Shown: positions 62,224-64,000 of the stretch, one piece after another | Layout: the number at the start of each line of letters is the position of its first letter | Numbering within the stretch: the first letter of the stretch is position 1 | Origin: a virus | Length of the DNA: 64,000 nucleotides | Virus record (IMG/VR): IMGVR_UViG_3300030107_007542 | Coordinates: 129,779 to 193,778 of that record | Strand: one strand, 5' to 3' | Position numbers and translations under genes: made by a program | The notes under the pieces: generated by a model | The model's input: the letters and a program-made list of their open reading frames with translations, nothing else | Databases searched by the model: none | What the model was told of the DNA's origin: nothing

Positions 62224-63000
62224 CTACTTTTTCAGTGCGCTCTTAAGAATTCGTGCGGCGACGCGCTTGGTGATCTGCTCCACAAGGTCGTCGGTGGCAT
62301 CCGTGGACTCGTTCTTCTTCTTGCGGGCGTCAGCGCGAGCAACCTTGCGGCGACCCTTCTCTGACATATCCTTGTCGGCTTCCTTGCCGTCTTCCATGCC
62401 AAGGCTCTCGTCCTCTTCGGCGTCGGAGCCCTTTGTAACAGCCTCTTCGAGTTCGACTTCTTCCTCAGCATCCATTGCGACCTCTTCATCTTCGGGTCCC
62501 ATTTCAACTTCGGCATCCATCTCTACTTCTTCGTCGCCCATGTCGTCGGAGTCAATCTCAACCTCATCACCAATGGCATCTTCAAGGGCGCTCTCCAGAG
62601 CGGCCAGGAAGTCATCAACAGAGACCATGCGACCTTCGCCACCTTCGGGCTCCATCTCGGCATCAATCTCTTCTTCATCAGCGACGGCCTCTTCGTCACC
62701 TTCAAGGCTATCGTCACCCAAATCATGTGCGATATCGCCTTCCAGTTCGGCGGGGTCTTCTTCCTCAAACAAAGCGCCGCTGGCCGCTTCGCCCTGACCA
62801 CGGCCGTGGCCGGGATTTGCCGTACCATCCTTGGGTCCCAGAGCACCGGTGCGGCCGGTGCGAAGCTCGTCCAGCTCCTCGGTGTCCGCGGTGGTCTCGG
62901 TGAGCCCATCTACAAAACCCTGCGTGAGGGGAGTGAGCTTTGCCAGCTTCATAAACTGTCGAACTTGCGCTTCATTCAGAAGGTTCTTCTTGCTTGACAT
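62224..63000 (-). CDS. Very acidic protein (possible prohead core/scaffold)
   Basis: D/E-rich with LNE/LDE/LEE motifs; GGAG RBS; own terminator. Confidence 0.55.
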   Translation of the reverse strand: MSSKKNLLNEAQVRQFMKLAKLTPLTQGFVDGLTETTADTEELDELRTGRTGALGPKDGTANPGHGRGQGEAASGALFEEEDPAELEGDIAHDLGDDSLEGDEEAVADEEEIDAEMEPEGGEGRMVSVDDFLAALESALEDAIGDEVEIDSDDMGDEEVEMDAEVEMGPEDEEVAMDAEEEVELEEAVTKGSDAEEDESLGMEDGKEADKDMSEKGRRKVARADARKKKNESTDATDDLVEQITKRVAARILKSALKK

Positions 63001-63038
63001 AATTGGTTTCTCCTACAACATATTGCAATATGCTACTC

Positions 63039-63281
63039 TTAAATAGTATTTTCTTTCACTAATGTCTTTTTTAATTTTACTAGAGTTGCGTCTAGAATTT
63101 GTTTGGCCCGGACAGTACTTATGTGATGTCGCTTTCCAATTTCTTCAAGTGTCATAGGGCCGTGTTTTTCTAAAGCGACCAACGTACAATTCAAGTCTTC
63201 TTCGTACTCGATAAATAGTCGACACTTCTCATTTTGGCACTCGACTCGGGCGATATAGCATTCTGCTGCACATTTTTTCAT
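63039..63281 (-). CDS. Small Cys-rich protein with a sigma70 region 4-like HTH
   Basis: C...C...C...C; MTLEEIGKRHHISTVRAKQI. Confidence 0.65.
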   Translation of the reverse strand: MKKCAAECYIARVECQNEKCRLFIEYEEDLNCTLVALEKHGPMTLEEIGKRHHISTVRAKQILDATLVKLKKTLVKENTI

Positions 63282-63610
63282 AGCTCTGGTAAATCCTCTT
63301 CTAGTATATCAAATATATATTCCACATCTGATGGAGTTAGGGCGAGGTCTTCGAGGAGTTTCTCTCCCTGTTTCCGAAGTCTCGCGGACTTGGCCACTTT
63401 GGCCTTTGCCTGTACTTGTTTGTTAACTTTATAATCATCTAAGAAATTCATGAACAGCCCATCCTGCTCCAGATACGACTCCACACATACCCGAAAGAAC
63501 TCACTCTGAGTTTTAATCTGATCGTAGTATAACCTGATTTTGAGGTTCTCGTGGAGCTTGGCATCCAACGAGAACGACAGCACAGAGTGTCCTTCGGGAA
63601 GCTTCTTCAT
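63278..63610 (-). CDS. Hypothetical protein
   Basis: ORF track. Confidence 0.55.
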   Translation of the reverse strand: MKKLPEGHSVLSFSLDAKLHENLKIRLYYDQIKTQSEFFRVCVESYLEQDGLFMNFLDDYKVNKQVQAKAKVAKSARLRKQGEKLLEDLALTPSDVEYIFDILEEDLPEL

Positions 63611-64000
63611 CGTAAGATATGGGTTCCGCTTTCTGTCTGTCCGCTGGATGTCTGCTGAATGAATTGGGCTTTAGCCTGCAACTCACTAATAGTCCGCGCT
63701 CCTGAATAAGATAGGCCGCTACGGATACCTCGGTCCAACTGACTTAGCACTTCTCCTACCGGGCCCTTACATGGGACTGTGGTGGCAATACCCTCCAGCG
63801 ACGCAGTTCTTCCACGCCACTCTATCTGGGCATCTTTGCTAGCCATTCCGCGATAGGACTTAAACTTGCCCTCTCGCGTATTGATTACATCGCCAGGAGT
63901 TTCATCAGTACCTGACAGGAGAGAGCCAAGCATAACAAAGTCAGCCCCAGCTGCCAAAGCTTTGACAATATCTCCCGAGTTACGGATTCCCCCGTCAGCA
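63607..64000 (-). CDS. guaB: IMP dehydrogenase/GMP reductase, 5' part outside the window
   Basis: [49 protein letters not shown]. Confidence 0.88.
   Translation of the reverse strand, partial: ADGGIRNSGDIVKALAAGADFVMLGSLLSGTDETPGDVINTREGKFKSYRGMASKDAQIEWRGRTASLEGIATTVPCKGPVGEVLSQLDRGIRSGLSYSGARTISELQAKAQFIQQTSSGQTESGTHILR

Noticed and set aside
1-64000. Stop-codon reassignment (alternative genetic code)
   Set aside because: Recognisable genes (GroEL, PrkA, PhoH, ClpP) are full length under code 11, and TAA, TAG and TGA all end genes.
1-64000. Bacterial chromosome or plasmid origin of the window
   Set aside because: No ribosomal, core replication or housekeeping operons, no rRNA, extreme strand bias and orphan density. 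Not fully excluded, because virion hallmark genes are also absent from this slice.

Overview
Most likely a 64-kb slice of a very large (jumbo/huge) tailed-phage genome. Evidence: dense, almost entirely minus-strand genes, five scattered CCA-encoding tRNAs, an endolysin, stand-alone GroEL/ClpP/Hsp20, PhoH, IMPDH and many tiny ORFs. No core cellular genes are present, but no terminase, portal or major capsid gene either, so the phage call is an inference. Three zones are visible: (i) 1-26 kb, enzyme genes, acidic head-like proteins, lysis genes and one inverted yeaH-spoVR-prkA operon; (ii) 26.5-47 kb, an early/host-takeover-like zone with about 15 sigma70-type promoters and a tandem array of about 25 'MK[VI]GDLV' SH3/KOW-like microproteins, many joined by a conserved 14-nt dual-coding junction; (iii) 47-64 kb, a kinase, a nucleotidyltransferase, lipoproteins and chaperones. 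The most striking item is an 82-nt RNA gene at 8907-8988 (-). It has the full tRNA-like domain of tmRNA (G3:U70 Ala acceptor stem, GGUUUCGAC D-loop analogue, helix 2a, GGAC connector, T-arm, CCA) but no mRNA-like domain; a short arm with UGC in its loop sits in that place. All family names come from motif recognition by eye; no searches were run.
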